Shown here in pieces: positions 1 to 13,899 of a stretch of DNA of 64,000 nucleotides. The stretch is from Octopus vulgaris (lineage: Eukaryota): NCBI GenBank assembly GCA_951406725.2, contig OX597815.1, positions 149,296,001 to 149,360,000 on the forward strand. Reading direction: 5' to 3'. Each line of letters opens with the position of its first letter. Within the stretch, counting starts at the first letter, position 1. The position numbers and the translations under genes are program-made. The notes under the pieces were generated by a model. It worked only from the letters and a program-made list of their open reading frames with translations, was not told the DNA's origin and searched no databases.

Positions 1-659
1 TTACATTTGGTAAGGGTTACAGACAGTGTTAAGTGAGAGGAAAATAGAAGGAAAGTGGAAAGTAATGTCAACATGACACAGAGAGACAGATAAGACAGAA
101 TAGGTTTCAATGAAACTGCAGAGAACATATTTATGTAGCGTAGGAGTTAATATAGTGCGTACCTACGTTGCATATGGACGTCTAAAATGGCGCGTGAAGG
201 TAAGATAACATAGAAATTGGTTTTTGCAAAGGGATGATAAATTAAAAGATCAAATAGTGTCAAGGATTGAGTGAAAGAAATTCAGAAAGATAAGCGCAAG
301 GAGAGTTAGGAGGGGTAATTATAGGGGTAGGAGTAGATACCGCGTATTTTTCGTTATATTAAAGGGGACACGTTTCGGTGGAGAAAGATACATAAGATGC
401 ATAAGATTATGCACTAAAAATAAAACTCTCAAGAGTTCATAATGAAGTGGGAGTGGATGATAGTGAGTAAAGTGTCTCTGCGAGTAAAGACATTCCATCA
501 TGGGATGGTGGACAGGAAGCAGGATATGAGTGGTATATATTTATATGTATATGTATATATATGTGCGTGTGTGTGTTTGTACACACACACGCACACACAT
601 AAACACACACACACACATACACACGCATACACACAAACACACACACACATATATATATA

Positions 660-850
660 GATATTGTTCTCCGGACTATCTGCTCTTTCCTTCCTTACCT
701 TGTCACTGGACATTTTCCTCCGTCCGACGAAGACCCCAACTCGAAACGTCATTTCAACCCTCAATTTTCCATCCAAAACATTTACTAACCATTCTCATTA
801 ATATATTCACTGTGTACCTCCAATCGGGCTTTGTTAGTGTCACCTGTTTT
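660..850 (+). mobile_element. PLE pseudo-LTR-like fragment with degenerate hammerhead motif
   Basis: tCCGACGAagaccccaactcGAAACGTC at 723-750 closely matches 59171-59198; flanked by CA/TA microsatellite. Confidence 0.45.
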
Positions 851-1504
851 TTATATCAGACATGTTTATATATCTATATATCAAAATAAGGATTCAGATA
901 GAACCAGATACGTGAAAACACATGCACAAGGTAGGTCTGGATAGACCTGTGCGTTCGGCCTATGGTTGGTAAGTATCAAATAGGATATTCCGGTTGTGTA
1001 CACAGAGAAAACCAACCCTGTGAATATTTAATGCGTAGGGGCTTGTCCAAATCATGCGATACTTTGAATGGTACGTTGTTGGTGTCCAACTAGTCGTAAA
1101 TGCCCTTGGAGTATTATAATCAAATGGTTATATATTCATTTGATTATATATATATATGTACATATGCACTACTCAAATGTAACGAGATAAAATCAGAGCG
1201 CATACATTAATGAAGGAAATAAAAACACATGAATAGTTTAATATTTACCTCTGTACATATTCGTTTTTCTCTATACGATTCATATACAGATATATATTTA
1301 CACAAATATGCACATAACACAAGTATTATGTGTGTATGTATTATGAGATAAATAAGCATGATGCAAAGAGGTCAACTTTTATATTTTTTTGTGTAGCCTT
1401 GGAACGCAAATAAACACCAGTCAGAATTCAGTTATCACGTGCATTGAATTACGAAAGGATTTCCATCTATAATGTGTGTCCTTCTGTATGCATATATATA
1501 TGTG

Positions 1505-1545
1505 GAGAGAGAGAGAGAGAGATAGAGAGAGAGAGAAAGACACGG

Positions 1546-1624
<79 letters not shown>

Positions 1625-1631
1625 TATATAC

Positions 1632-1666
<35 letters not shown>

Positions 1667-1680
1667 CATGCACACATACA
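1505..1680. repeat. Compound (GA)n/(TA)n/(GA)n microsatellite
   Basis: Direct inspection. Confidence 0.95.
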
Positions 1681-3037
1681 TAAATATATATATGTAGATA
1701 GATAGATATACATGTATTTACGTTCAAGTATCTACAAATGAACATTTAGGCACACAGATGCAATGCCTAAATATATATATATAATGTATGTTTATATATA
1801 TATATATATGTAAAGGTATACATGTATGTATAAAACCTTCCAGTACTTTGGTGTACAGAATTACCCCCGTATTCCTATATAAATGCATGCATATTCCCGA
1901 ATATAAATACAAATCTACATGTGCCAGCGAATAGTTCATTACACAATGAAGATATCGTGAAGATATTCATAAAAAATTGTATCTATCTGTAGATTTCCTA
2001 AAAGATTGTAATAACACCAAAGATTTATCTTTCTTCGCTGTTCTCTGAGAGAATTATTGTTTTTTATCTATATTTTCTTATATATCTATAGATATTACTG
2101 TGTAACTAAATGTATATGTGTATATGTAGCACATATATGTAGATGGAGACAGCTTCTCATAAAATCTTATGATTTCCCTTAAGACATTTCCGTTGTTATC
2201 ATGTAATTTTGAAAGTTCTTTTTTTCTCTCTATTTCACCCCAACATTTGCTAAGTGAGAATGACCAATGAGATGTCTGTGTCCAAAGCGATCAATCAAAT
2301 GAGCAGCTTTTTTTTTCTTTACTTCACATTCCATTAGAAAACAAATAATTGAAATTATCGATTTAGATTTTTGTTCTTCCAAAATATAAACTTCACGGTG
2401 ATATTCTTTCCCTCATTGTAATTCCTTTCCGTCATCCTGTCGATCGGCTTTCATATATTTCATTCTCTGCATTTGTTTCTATCTGAATTTCTTTGGGATT
2501 TTCCCTCCTGCATTGACAAGAAAAGATGTTTCATTTCTTTTTCGCTGTCCAATTCTCTCTTGTTCTCTGTCATTCAGTCTAGTATTATTATTGCTTTCAG
2601 CATTATCATTTCACTTCTTTTCATATTTATTTCTTCTATTACACACGTTGCCTCAACTGGCATCCTTTATTCATTGTACAACTATGATTCTTTTCATTTT
2701 GCCGAACGCGCGTCGTTATCGCCTCAGCTCTACGGCCCCTGCATAGCCTTTCTTTCAGTTATATTTCATATGTCATTGTCATTTCAGATTTTATTTTCCT
2801 TTGCAGCGAGAAAAATCCAATCATTGAGCATCATTTTATTATATATTTATTTTTACCTGTTCTTATCTTCCCTTTTCAATATTCGTCACATTCTAATAGT
2901 TCCTCTGCTCTGATTTTGTCAATCATCTTCTGACTCGAAGGTGTGCGCTGAAACACGCATTCACACCCATACAGGAAATATTAAAATAACCATACAAAAG
3001 CACATACTCATACAAAAATACCCAAACGTGCAATTCC

Positions 3038-3068
<31 letters not shown>

Positions 3069-5778
3069 AACACATCTATATAGACAGGCAAACAGGGAGA
3101 AAGAGAGAGAGAAAGAGATGATGCATGCATGCATGGATTAGATAGACCAATAGAGATAGAGAGAGAGGAGAGTGAGAGAGAGAGTATGTGTATGTGAGTG
3201 TGTTTGAGTGAGAGAGAAGATAGCAGGTCTTAGAAGAGACATAATAGATATACAGATACTGAATAGTCACAAGGAATTGGATATGAAGAAATAGTGTATT
3301 CTCGAACATCCGTCCCTTGAAAATTTTATGTTGTAAGCCATTCGCATTTCATGATTAATTTCGACTAAAGCTTGGCCTATGCTATGTAACCTAAAGAAGG
3401 TAATTTTCATTCAGTTGTGTTGCGCTTCTTGTTTTACGGCGATATTTGATGTGCTGGATGTGTTGGATGTGTCCCATATGTATTTTATGCAGCCATACAC
3501 TTCTGTAGCTAATCACTAAGGTTCATCTAATATCATTCTATGACCTTCGGCGGATTCTGTGTTCGCGTCAAAGGAGGGTAGTATGTTGTTGAAGATTTTA
3601 ATTGAAGCAAGGTACAGTATTTTAAATGTGTGTTTGTTAAACATATGAAAAACATTATTGGGAAAATTCAGAGAAATTTTTAAGCTGATTGTCGTAGTGT
3701 TATTCTGACGGAAATGCCATACTGTATCATAGCATTAGGTTATAGTTTTTCAATCTACTTGATCATAAAAAATCTTAATATGTGGGTCTATGTATCTAGA
3801 TACGATATCTATAAACACAAACAATCTATGAAATAACATGAATGATAGTGACAGCATTGTAAAACAATGGAAGGAACAGTGTTGAAGCTATGAGGGAGTG
3901 ATTGGCAAATTCTTTGTCGGACGTGTCGTTTAGACCCTATAAAAGTACAGTGATCCAATGGGAAATGGAGACTCTAAATAAGCAACTGAGCCAAAGGCTC
4001 ATAAGTTTTTATCGAGCATATAGCTGGGGTGAGAACAAGATCATGTATATTTGCTTCTGAAATAATGATTATTCTTAAAATCTTCATTTTGCCATAGTAG
4101 AAATATCCAGTACGGTTAAACTGATAAATTCATGGTATATAGTTTCACCTACAGACTGTTGTGGGTTGAAATTAGATGAATTAGGTACTTAAGTTGAGGC
4201 CCCAAAATTAGTGTCGAATTATACGTACAGTTTCAAAATAAGGTGAATAAAATAAAAATAAGCAACAGGATAACCGGAGATGTTGCAGAACGACCGTTTC
4301 AAGCGGCTATAGTAAGGTTTTATTAGAGTCTTTAACTTTAACTTTACCCCTTTTACTGGTAATTAACATCTTGATTTAAGATCTTTCTATACCAAAGCTC
4401 ATTATAGCCAGTTACATTATAATACTTTACTGTATACTACTTCAAAATAATCTTAACAACTTTTATGACAATACCCACAATGGTTCAGTCAACTCCCTCA
4501 TGCCCTTTCCTAACAGGCACTGCTCTATAGTCTTAGATTTTGACATACAATGATTTGATAAACAAAACTATAAATCAAAACGGACCCAAAAATTAGTGAC
4601 AAACTAGAACCCTAACAAATTTCTTTTTCCTCCTGTCTTAGTAACTTCTTAGCTAGAGTGAAGACATCACGGACTTTCTCTGTCTTCTTACCCTCTTAGA
4701 AAATTGAAGTAAAATTACACAAATGTTTCCGACTGATTAAAGAATTAATTCTATTTATTTATTTATGCAGCTGAGGATAGCTCCACATTTAAATTGATTC
4801 CTCACTTTAAAAAAAATCTTCTTGCACAGACATTGCACGGTAACAACATTGATTAAGCTTCGTGCAATGGCCATACGCGATAACGAGTGGGCAGCCACCA
4901 TGTACTTATGTAAGCATGTATTGTACGTATCTACGTATGTATGCATTTATTTATGTACGCATGTTCGTATATATGTAATGTATGTGTGTAATGTATGCAT
5001 GTATATTCGTTTGTATGTATTTATGTATGTACTATGTATTATATAATGCATGCATGTAATATATGTATACATGTATTCATTAATGCATGTATTTATATCG
5101 AAGGATTAACTTGCAGGTGATATTCTCAACCACTTCAATGAGCAGCTAATTCAGTTCATAGAGAATCTGATTTTTGATCCTCGCCACCAATGGAGAACCA
5201 ATATTTCCCATTTATATCTAAACATGAATTGCCTTCGTTTATTCAGCGATGCGTTTGCAGGGATATATTCATTGACCTTTTGTATTTCAGTACTACGTAC
5301 TGATTCTGAAAATCACATGCTTTTTGATTTGCGCGGAAAGTATTTTCAGAGAATTGAGAATTCTCTTATTGTATTAAAACTGCATAGCTTATAACTTCGT
5401 CTTTTTTATCATAAACATATTTCGCGATCGTGTATATAATAGTAACTCCAACATGTATTTTTTTTACGTTGCTGCTCATGTCCTTATATATTGTACACAG
5501 TATAATTATTATTGATTTTATATTAAAACAAGGCATATTTCGCTTATTTGATTTCCGTAATCCTCATCCGTACTTTCAGAAAAATGTTCAACAATATTTC
5601 GCATAAATTTTCGCCAGAAGAGAAGACGTCTATCAAATTACACGAAAGCTGTTTATTGCATTAAATTATGTTATATGAATAGTTCCTTTTGATCTTTCTG
5701 TATTTCTAAGAAGGCTCATTCTACTTTGCTCTCGAAAACATATTCAAATACATTGGGTTCAGTGCATGCTCATACACA

Positions 5779-5779
<1 letters not shown>

Positions 5780-5839
<60 letters not shown>

Positions 5840-5860
5840 ACACATACACACACACACATA
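5780..5860. repeat. (CA)n microsatellite
   Basis: Direct inspection. Confidence 0.95.
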
Positions 5861-6254
5861 CTTTTATATACATACGTATATACCTATATGAATAACACTC
5901 AATTTTCCTGTTGGCGTATCGATGTATTTCCCAATATGCATAACCGCGCTCCCTGTCATGCATATGGAAAAATTATGTACTTTCAAACACTGAGCTATCA
6001 TAAATGACTGCAGATTTGCCTGTATAGAATACATTATCAACCTAAATATCGATATAATACAAACCCCAATCGGGTAGCAAGAATTGTAGAGCAGTGGATA
6101 AAATGGCATGTGTGGTTTAGTAACTACTATCTCTCTTGCTTGGTTCCAAATCTGAGTAGTTTTTAAACATAATGTACTTAGAAAACTTATACTACGGTGT
6201 TTCGACTGTGAATCTCACGAAATAGGTACCCAATGTCTATATTAGAAATCATAT

Positions 6255-6600
6255 TCCGCCGATGTTGACTCTGCTTTTCAGGGTCGATTAAATAAGTACC
6301 AGATGTACACTGGGGTCGATGAAACTCCCCTTAACCTGCTGCTCTTTGTGCCAATGTTTGAAACCAATATTAGAGATCCTATAAAAGGTGGCGATCTGGC
6401 AAAATCAGTGCGCGCACGGAAATATGCTTAGCAGCAATTCATCCGTCTTGATGTTGTGTGTTCAAATGCGGCCAGGGTCGACTTTGTCTTTCAACATTCG
6501 GGGTTGATAAGATGAGGATCTGCTGAGCGCTGGCGTCGATGTAATCGACTTAACTTCTGCGAAACTGACGGACTTGTACCAAAATTTGAAATTTATATTA
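6255..6600 (+). mobile_element. Two degenerate SINE family A copies
   Basis: ggggtcgat..aataagtaccag..cactggggtcgat core; ggtggcgatctggca head at about 6388. Confidence 0.7.
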
Positions 6601-6824
6601 GAAACCTTCATTAGTTTTCCCTTCTTTTTATTATTTTAATACTTTTGTGGCTGTTTCGTGCAACCAATGCCACAATTTTTGCTTATATATTTGTTTTCTG
6701 CAGCTAAAATTACGCATTCATGTCTATGCACTTTGCTGGTGTATTTTTGAACCATTAAATGACAGTAATGTACTCTCTGTTACTAACACGTCAGTTGATT
6801 TCAATTAATATAGTCTAGTCACAA

Positions 6825-7067
6825 GGCGGCGATCTGGCAGAAACGTTGGCACGCCGGGCGAAATGCTTTACGATATTTCGTCTGTCTTTACGTTCTGAGT
6901 TCAAATTTCACCGAGGTCAACTTTGCTTTTCATCCTTTCGGGGTCGATAAATTAAGTAGCTGTTACGCACTGGGGTCGGGTGAGGCCGATCTAATCGACT
7001 TAAACCCTTCGTCCGTCCCTGACTGTCACCTCTATGTTTAGCCTCTTCAGGGCAATAAAGAAATAAA
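6825..7067 (+). mobile_element. SINE family A (tRNA-like head, Nin/Deu-like central domain)
   Basis: ggcggcgatctggcagaaacgtt..gagttcaaat..tttcatcctttcggggtcgataaattaagt; many copies in the window; TSD-like flanks. Confidence 0.85.
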
Positions 7068-7083
7068 TATAGTCTACTTACAA

Positions 7084-7271
7084 GGCGGCGAGCTGGCAGA
7101 AAACTTAGCACGCCGGGCGAAAGCTTAGCGGTATTTCGTCTCCAGTTACGTTCTAAGTTCAAATTTCACCGAGGGGCCGATAAATTAAGCACCAGCTACG
7201 TACTGGAGTCGATCTAATTGATTGGCCATCTCCCCCAAAATTTCAGGCAGTCTGTCTAGAGTAGAAAAGAC
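7084..7271 (+). mobile_element. SINE family A, internally deleted copy
   Basis: Same head and core as 6825; TSD-like tatagtcta.ttaca on both sides. Confidence 0.85.
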
Positions 7272-7584
7272 TATAGTCTAGTTACATCTTCGTTGTACCT
7301 TTTTCATGTTTTCCTATTGTTATTCATTTTCTTGTTCGTGAACCTATCTTATAATTCATGGAAAGGCTGAGTTAGAGTATTCAGCTCACGATCGTTTGGT
7401 GTACGTTCGATTCTCAGGGGTGTGGTCTGTCTTTGAGAGCCAGACTTTATTTCGCGTCGTACAATCTACTGAACTGGAGAAAATGAGTGGTGTATGTAAT
7501 TCAAAAAACCAACCCCATCACATTCTGATCACGCTATATCTCCCTCAGAACTACTTGAAGGTTATGTGTGTCGGTATAATGCTT

Positions 7585-7816
7585 AGCGAGCTGGCAGAAC
7601 CGTTAGCACTCCGGGCGAAATGCGTAGCCGTATTTCGTCTGTCGTTGAGTTCTGAGTTCAAATTCCGCCGAGGTCGACTTTGCCTTTCATCATTTCAGGG
7701 TCGATAAATTAAGCACCAGTTACGCACTGGGGTCGATGTAATCGACTTAATCCGTTTGTCTGTCCTTGTTTGTCCCCTCTGTGTTTAGCCCCTTGTGGTT
7801 AGTAATGAAATAGGTA
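7585..7816 (+). mobile_element. SINE family A
   Basis: gcgagctggcagaaccgttagc..gcctttcatcatttcagggtcgataaattaagc..tttagccccttgtgg. Confidence 0.85.
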
Positions 7817-8284
7817 TAATGCTTAGCCACATAAACGTTAATTTCATGAGCAACCTTTTCCGTTGATCGGATCAGTTGGAACTCATCGTCGTAACCGCCG
7901 GAGTGCCAGTTTATCATATAATTCTTTACTTTCATATATTTATACGCATTATTAATGTATTATGACAACCGCATTTTCACAATACATTCGAAATTTCCTT
8001 TCATTTCACATCGGCAAACTCCTTATAACATTTCAATCAATTTGAATTTCCTTTCAAATATCTGATGACTTTGCCATGAGTTATCGTTAACGCTAACAAA
8101 TCTTTTTATTGCGTGAGCAATGTATCTTCATTGCCAATGATCTTGTTTGTCTCCATACATTAAAATATTATTGTTCCCATTTAAGTATAACTTCTCATAC
8201 TTTTTTAAATTTCTAAGCATTAGACCTAAGCAAATGTAACTATACGTAATGTTTCCTTCTATTTTATAAAATATCTCCTTAGCA

Positions 8285-8757
8285 GGCGCAGGAGTGGCTG
8301 TGTGGTAAATAGCTTGCTTATCAACCACATGGTTGGGGTTCAGTCCCACTGCGTGGCACTTTGGGCAAGTTTCTTCTACTATAGCCTCCGGCCCACCAAA
8401 GCCTTGTGAGTGGATTTGGTTGACGGAAACTGAAAGAAGCCTGTCGTGTATATGTATATATATGTGTGTGTATATATATGTATATATGTATATATGTATA
8501 TATGTATATATGTATATATGTATATATGTATATATATGTGTATATGTATATATATGTGTCCTCCCAACATCGCTTGACAACCGATGCTGGTGTGTTCATG
8601 TCCCCATAACTTAGCGGTTCGGCGAAAGAGACCGATACCATAAGTACTAGGCTTACAAAGAATAAGTCCTGGGGTCGATTTGCTCGACTAAAGGCGGTGC
8701 TCCATCATGGCCGCAATCAAATGGCTGATAGAAGTAAAAGAGTAAAGAGAGTAAAGA
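8285..8757 (+). mobile_element. SINE family B, full length, with internal microsatellite and LINE-like 3' tail
   Basis: ggcgcaggagtggctgtgtggtaa head, ggttcagtccc B-box-like motif, central (TA/TG)n, tail ggcggtgctcca.catggccgca..gtaaaagag; homologous to 41915-42330. Confidence 0.85.
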
Positions 8758-8899
8758 GCTTGGGTGCTGCTGGGTGGTGGGGGTTGCGTGTACGTCATTA
8801 TTCAGTTTTGTTTCAAGATTTCTTTCCAAAATATGTATGTATATGTAAGTATGTTTGCATACTGGTTTCATATTTCATTGCCAGATTTTTACTTATGAT

Positions 8900-9800
8900 T
8901 ATCTAGACTAAACTCTTAAACATCCCATTTATTATATTAGAACTATATTTTATTACTGGGATTGCTAAACTCTTATATTATTCCTAGCATTAATTTCTGT
9001 GTTCAAAATTAATCAAATTCATCTATAGTTTGTTTCTTATATTCCCTTTTAGATATATCTGTCGAGTCAGATCCGCTGCAGCATCTCCAATATTTGCGTA
9101 TGACTAGCTCCTATTTAATTATTCTATTTCAGTTTAGGAATATAATTTAATATTGTCAATTTCCATTAGTTTCCCTCATATTGGAGTTTATTTGACATAT
9201 TAGTCTTGTCTCATACTTGAATTTCACAACAGAATTCATGAACTTTGTTTAGTGGTTTCTACTTTGGAACAGTGTTCTTTGTAAATAGTTGTACATCATC
9301 CAGTTATACCACATAACGAAACCGTACAATTTAGAACCATTCATAGTCTGAGATACCGATTATACTACTGATTTGGCGAGGAATATAAGAGTTGAGAGTT
9401 CTCATTGAAGTATTTACATTCAATAGTAGACAAGCGGTTTCCATTCTAGTTCAGTCTTTTAGGTTCATTGGTGATTTTCCCCTGACGAATGCATAATCAT
9501 AGTAAGGAAGGAAAAAATATTTGATCTTACATTTGAAATACGAGATCACCTACTCTGTCCAATGAACTGCTAAGATGTATATGAGATTTTAGCTTGTATG
9601 TTGCAAATTCCGAGACCCAATTCCCATTTACATACGCCTGTAGACATGGAATAAGTTCTTGTCGTACAGTTGTCCCCTACATCGGGTACAAAAATGTCTC
9701 AAATAATCAGTTTTGAGCGCAGTTGCCAGCTTTTTTCCAAGCTGCTTTAGATATTTCAATGATGCTGTCCACGTCTTCTTGGTTTTTCCTCTCTTCCGTC
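8900..9800 (-). pseudogene. Highly decayed R4/Dong-like RT remnant
   Basis: Minus-strand fragments read LDDVQLFTK (about 9280-9303) and LAIPVIKYSSNIING (about 8925-8970), resembling R4-clade YMDDLKL and AIPVLTYSFGIINW. Confidence 0.4.
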
Positions 9801-10384
9801 ATACCTCGGGTAGTACACATTACATAGCTGTCTTACATTTTCTCCATATTGGCTGCCTCACACTTATTTCCACTAAAATGTATTGCAATTGTGCAGAGTG
9901 AGTTTTTTTTTTTTTGTTCAGAGTTTGTGACTGTGTCCATGAAATTGACCTATAAGCCAGGCTGCAAGAGAAGAATTAGCGAGCTGTCATCAAAACCACT
10001 GAAGAATAGACTCTTGTCGGGTAAGCTACAATCGTTGAAAAAAAACCATGAAAATGTGTGTACAACAACCGACTTGAGAGGAAGGCTCTCTCTCTCTCAA
10101 AATTAAGACGAGACCGTTATAAAGCCGAAAGGTTGCCCAGCCTGTGAAGAATAGTTTGATTCTGAGCGTCCGAGAGGATTTATCGAACTCTCTACCAGTG
10201 TGGAAGATTGTACCAGATACTTCGTGAATTTGATCTCTACCACCTGAGTATTCTGTGAGTAAGTGAAATGCACTTGACTAAAAGCGGGAAGATCTCCAGT
10301 GAGATATGGGAACCGGTATTAAGGAAAGATAGAAAGATATTAGATTTATAAACCCTAAAATTCACTCCATAATTGCCCACGGGT

Positions 10385-10450
10385 ATATAGTTTAGTGGTT
10401 TAGAACGCGAGCTACTGATTCCGAGTTCGATTCCAAGCAGTGACCTCATT

Positions 10451-10484
<34 letters not shown>

Positions 10485-10585
10485 TCGAAAAATACCTTAG
10501 GAGTGAGAACCTAAGGTATATCAGTCGAAACGTTTTGCTAACAACAAACAAGATAAGGACAAATATCCGTCAAATGTAAAAAATA
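10385..10585 (+). mobile_element. tRNA-like SINE head followed by (TAA)n
   Basis: tagtttagtggtt A-box-like and gagttcgattcc B-box-like motifs. Confidence 0.45.
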
Positions 10586-11275
10586 TTCTATTCGACCAGA
10601 AGGACCAACACATCCATCTTGTAGGGCCAATACTTGACGTTATGTTAGCTAAAGGGTTAATAGGGGAGAGTTGTAAGTGACCGAATTATAACAGCCCAGT
10701 TCAAGAGGGGATTCTCAGTGATCGAAGTGTATGCACCAATCGAAATAAAATTAACGATCATAGACATACTTAACATTTACTAAATACAATAACTGTATTT
10801 TATTCTACCCCACTCCAACTCCTGCTACGTATCCCTCTCATTGTTTCTAGCTTCATTTCTGTGCCTCATTTATAAGGAGCTGAAGTAACAGTGGGTTTAA
10901 TTTAACCATCGGCTTCAGAGACGGCGTAAGCATCAACATAGTGATCGTTAGAGCATACATCGGTTGCTTCCATAATTATCACCATCTTAAGACTATATTA
11001 CAGCATTATTATTAATAGTATTATTCCAAAAGAATAAAACTATTATATGTCATTTTAGTTCCCTGGTGTATTACATAGGTGTTTTGTGGCAATATAACAC
11101 TTCAAATTTCAAGAATCTTTCTTAAGTTGTTTGCAGAATCAATGATGGCACAATGCAGGCTGAAAATATGAGTCTCAATACCGATATAATTTTACCTCAT
11201 TGGCAACTGGTTAGCCGCCGTGCCGCGTGCAATAATTACCAGAGGAAGAATGTTCGCATCTCTATTATTTCCGAT

Positions 11276-11301
11276 TCTCTCTCTCTCTCTCCCTTTCTCT
11301 C

Positions 11302-11365
<64 letters not shown>

Positions 11366-11368
11366 TCT
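11276..11368. repeat. (CT)n microsatellite
   Basis: Direct inspection. Confidence 0.95.
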
Positions 11369-13311
11369 TTGCCTGATGTTTCCTCTTTTTACTTTTTCTT
11401 TCTCTCGCTCCCTTCTTATTTTTTTTTTGTTCACCTTCTTGCATATCCACTCAACATACTGGATTGTGAGTATCTGAAACTGCTTATTTCTCCTCTCCAC
11501 AATCAATCCTTGCTCTAATAGTACAAGCAGTCTCTCAATCGAGAAATTTCACAAAATCCCGTAATTATTATTCAACACCACCACCACCTCAAGCTGTCTT
11601 GGAGGACAGCAATTACAATATCATAATGATAATATGAAACTGTTTATACTACTGTGCCGTCACTCCAAATCCACATACTGACTAACATTCCAATGCATTC
11701 TTTTAACGAAATTACCATGCATTTAGTTAATCATATTGTGCTTCCTTCCGGCAGTTGCTTACAAGATGGTTAGGGCTTTTGCCCCTTTCTTATTCTGGAA
11801 ATTTTTCTCTGACCTTGATATCTCGTCCGATATTTCTAGCTGCCGATGATAGTTCTCCATCTCTGTGCACATCTCTGTGATATTCGCATCCAAATAACAA
11901 CACGGTGTGTGTTTTCGGCATTTAATTAACTACTCGTTCCTTCTCGTCTTGGGAATATGGCCTGTCGATGGGATATGAGATATTTTGGCACAGCCGATTT
12001 TGTGCCGCCCACTCGACGCAGAATTATTTGACATCAAACGTTTTTTGTTTCTTTTGTTCTTTCACTTCGTCCTCTCTCTTCATCCACCCTATTTCTCCTC
12101 TGTTCCTCTACCTCTCTCTCTCTCCTTCCCTCTCTCTCTCTCTCTCTCTCTCTCTTACTTCATACGTGTGAGCATAGTTTTCTATGTGTAAGAGGAGAGG
12201 GACGGTGTTTTTGACATTTATGTTCAATGTATCCGTTGTAATATTTCTCCCTCCCTCCCTATATCTGTCTCTCTCTCTCTCTCTCTCTCGCTCATTCTTT
12301 CCACCTGCACGTCTGTCTATGAGAGTGTTTGCATCCAACAGCAAAACTTACTACCATGAAAAGAGGTTGCATATCACGTCAATCAAATCGTCGGCAGCGA
12401 AACTCTTGCACTCACTCGTCCCCTTCTATTAGCGATGTCATATATTTAGGTTAGTATGTGTGCTACACTGCGCAACGTCCTAATATTTCTATATTAATCC
12501 AGTAGCTCTTTGCTTCCCACTTTTAAAATTATCAAAGTATCTCGGTGCTAGTGAAGTCAAATATAGAATACCTTAAGGATATGGAATGCATTTGGCACCT
12601 TTCTAACATTTCTATTTTTAGCGACTTTCTCTTTTCCATTAAGTTCTTATCCTACGGTACCCATCGGTACACCGTTCCCTTTCACTTAATCACTATCAGC
12701 AGGTGGTATCTTCATCCATAAGATTTAATCATTCGATATTTCTTCATAATTAATACCGCAGAGTTATCTATCCCGAATCCCATCCCAATATTCTACTCAA
12801 TATCTTTACTATTTTAACTGGAGATTCCGGGTATAGAGTAAATATTTCATTTGCTACCTAATCTTAGAATGCTCATTATCATCTATAGGATTGTTCATTA
12901 TTGGTTTCAAAGTAATTCAACACAGACACAAAAATAATGCAAAGAGTTGATCATCCTGAAATATGCCTGTCCGACTGATGATAACTCAAAATGATTTATT
13001 TCCGTTCAGCTCTTCTCCTAACAGCTTCTCCATCTCTAGGATGTATACTATATACGTAGAGTATCATAATTGCTCACTTCTTATTTATTTACCCTTTACT
13101 AACAACATTTGTTCGTTGACAAATATGTTTTATTTTCACCACAATCAGTGAGAAATTCTTGTACATCTTTGAGCATGATTTAGGAGATTTTTAAGAAGAT
13201 TCACTGAAAACCGCTCGAACTAGATACTTTCAAATTTCATATCATTTTATATATCTTTCTAGTTACGTTTTCTTCCGTAACATTTGTAAATCTCTTGTAT
13301 TCTCATATTTC

Positions 13312-13477
13312 CAGAGCCGGCTCAAGATACCAGCAACTCGGGCAGTCACCCGGGGCGCCATGGGATTTTTAGTCTACATTTTCAGTTTTTCGCTTGTGAA
13401 GGTCGTAAAAAATTACACTTGTAAAGTCACCAACGTTCAGCTGGCCCAGGTCGCCAGTAACACTAGGGCTGGCCTCG
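13312..13477. mobile_element. hAT-type MITE
   Basis: Imperfect TIRs cagagccggctcaag / ctagggctggcctcg; 8-bp TSD catatttc (13304-13311) / catatatc (13478-13485). Confidence 0.65.
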
Positions 13478-13899
13478 CATATATCCCATTTCATTTTAAA
13501 ATATAGAACAGTTTTTCTTTAATTGTTCTGTTGAATATTCACGCACCAGATATCTTAACAAAGTTCCATGGTGTTTAAGTAAGTTGAGATACAACTTCCC
13601 TCATGCTTTTATGTTATTATGTTACTGGTTATTCATAAGCCAGTTTTTGCAAGACTTCTGCCTATTTACCTAAGTTAGAACCAACTATTTGTGGTAAAAT
13701 CGTTGCGGTGACCAAGGGTGATCCTGGGTCAGTGAGTTATTGATTAACTGAAAGTAGAACTGCTTCTGTACCTGGAGGACTGCATCATAAATGTATTATA
13801 TTTTATATACTAAATATATTTTTACTCCTCCCTTTTCCCCTGATCTTTTGTGTAACTTCCCACATTAAGTGTAAACACTACTTGTAATGTCCCCTCATC

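Noticed and set aside
361-400. Minus-strand GAAACGTGTC, resembling the 3' half of a hammerhead
   Set aside because: No recognisable CUGANGA half or stem I
437-1745. Numerous [20 protein letters not shown] ORFs here and throughout the window
   Set aside because: They are translations of dinucleotide and trinucleotide microsatellites, not genes
3500-4330. Possible ancient PLE RT remnant and a GAAACGGTC motif on the minus strand
   Set aside because: Too decayed to support by eye
12540-13250. Minus-strand GIFQDD-like and GVPMGT-like RT motifs
   Set aside because: Isolated short matches with conflicting family assignment
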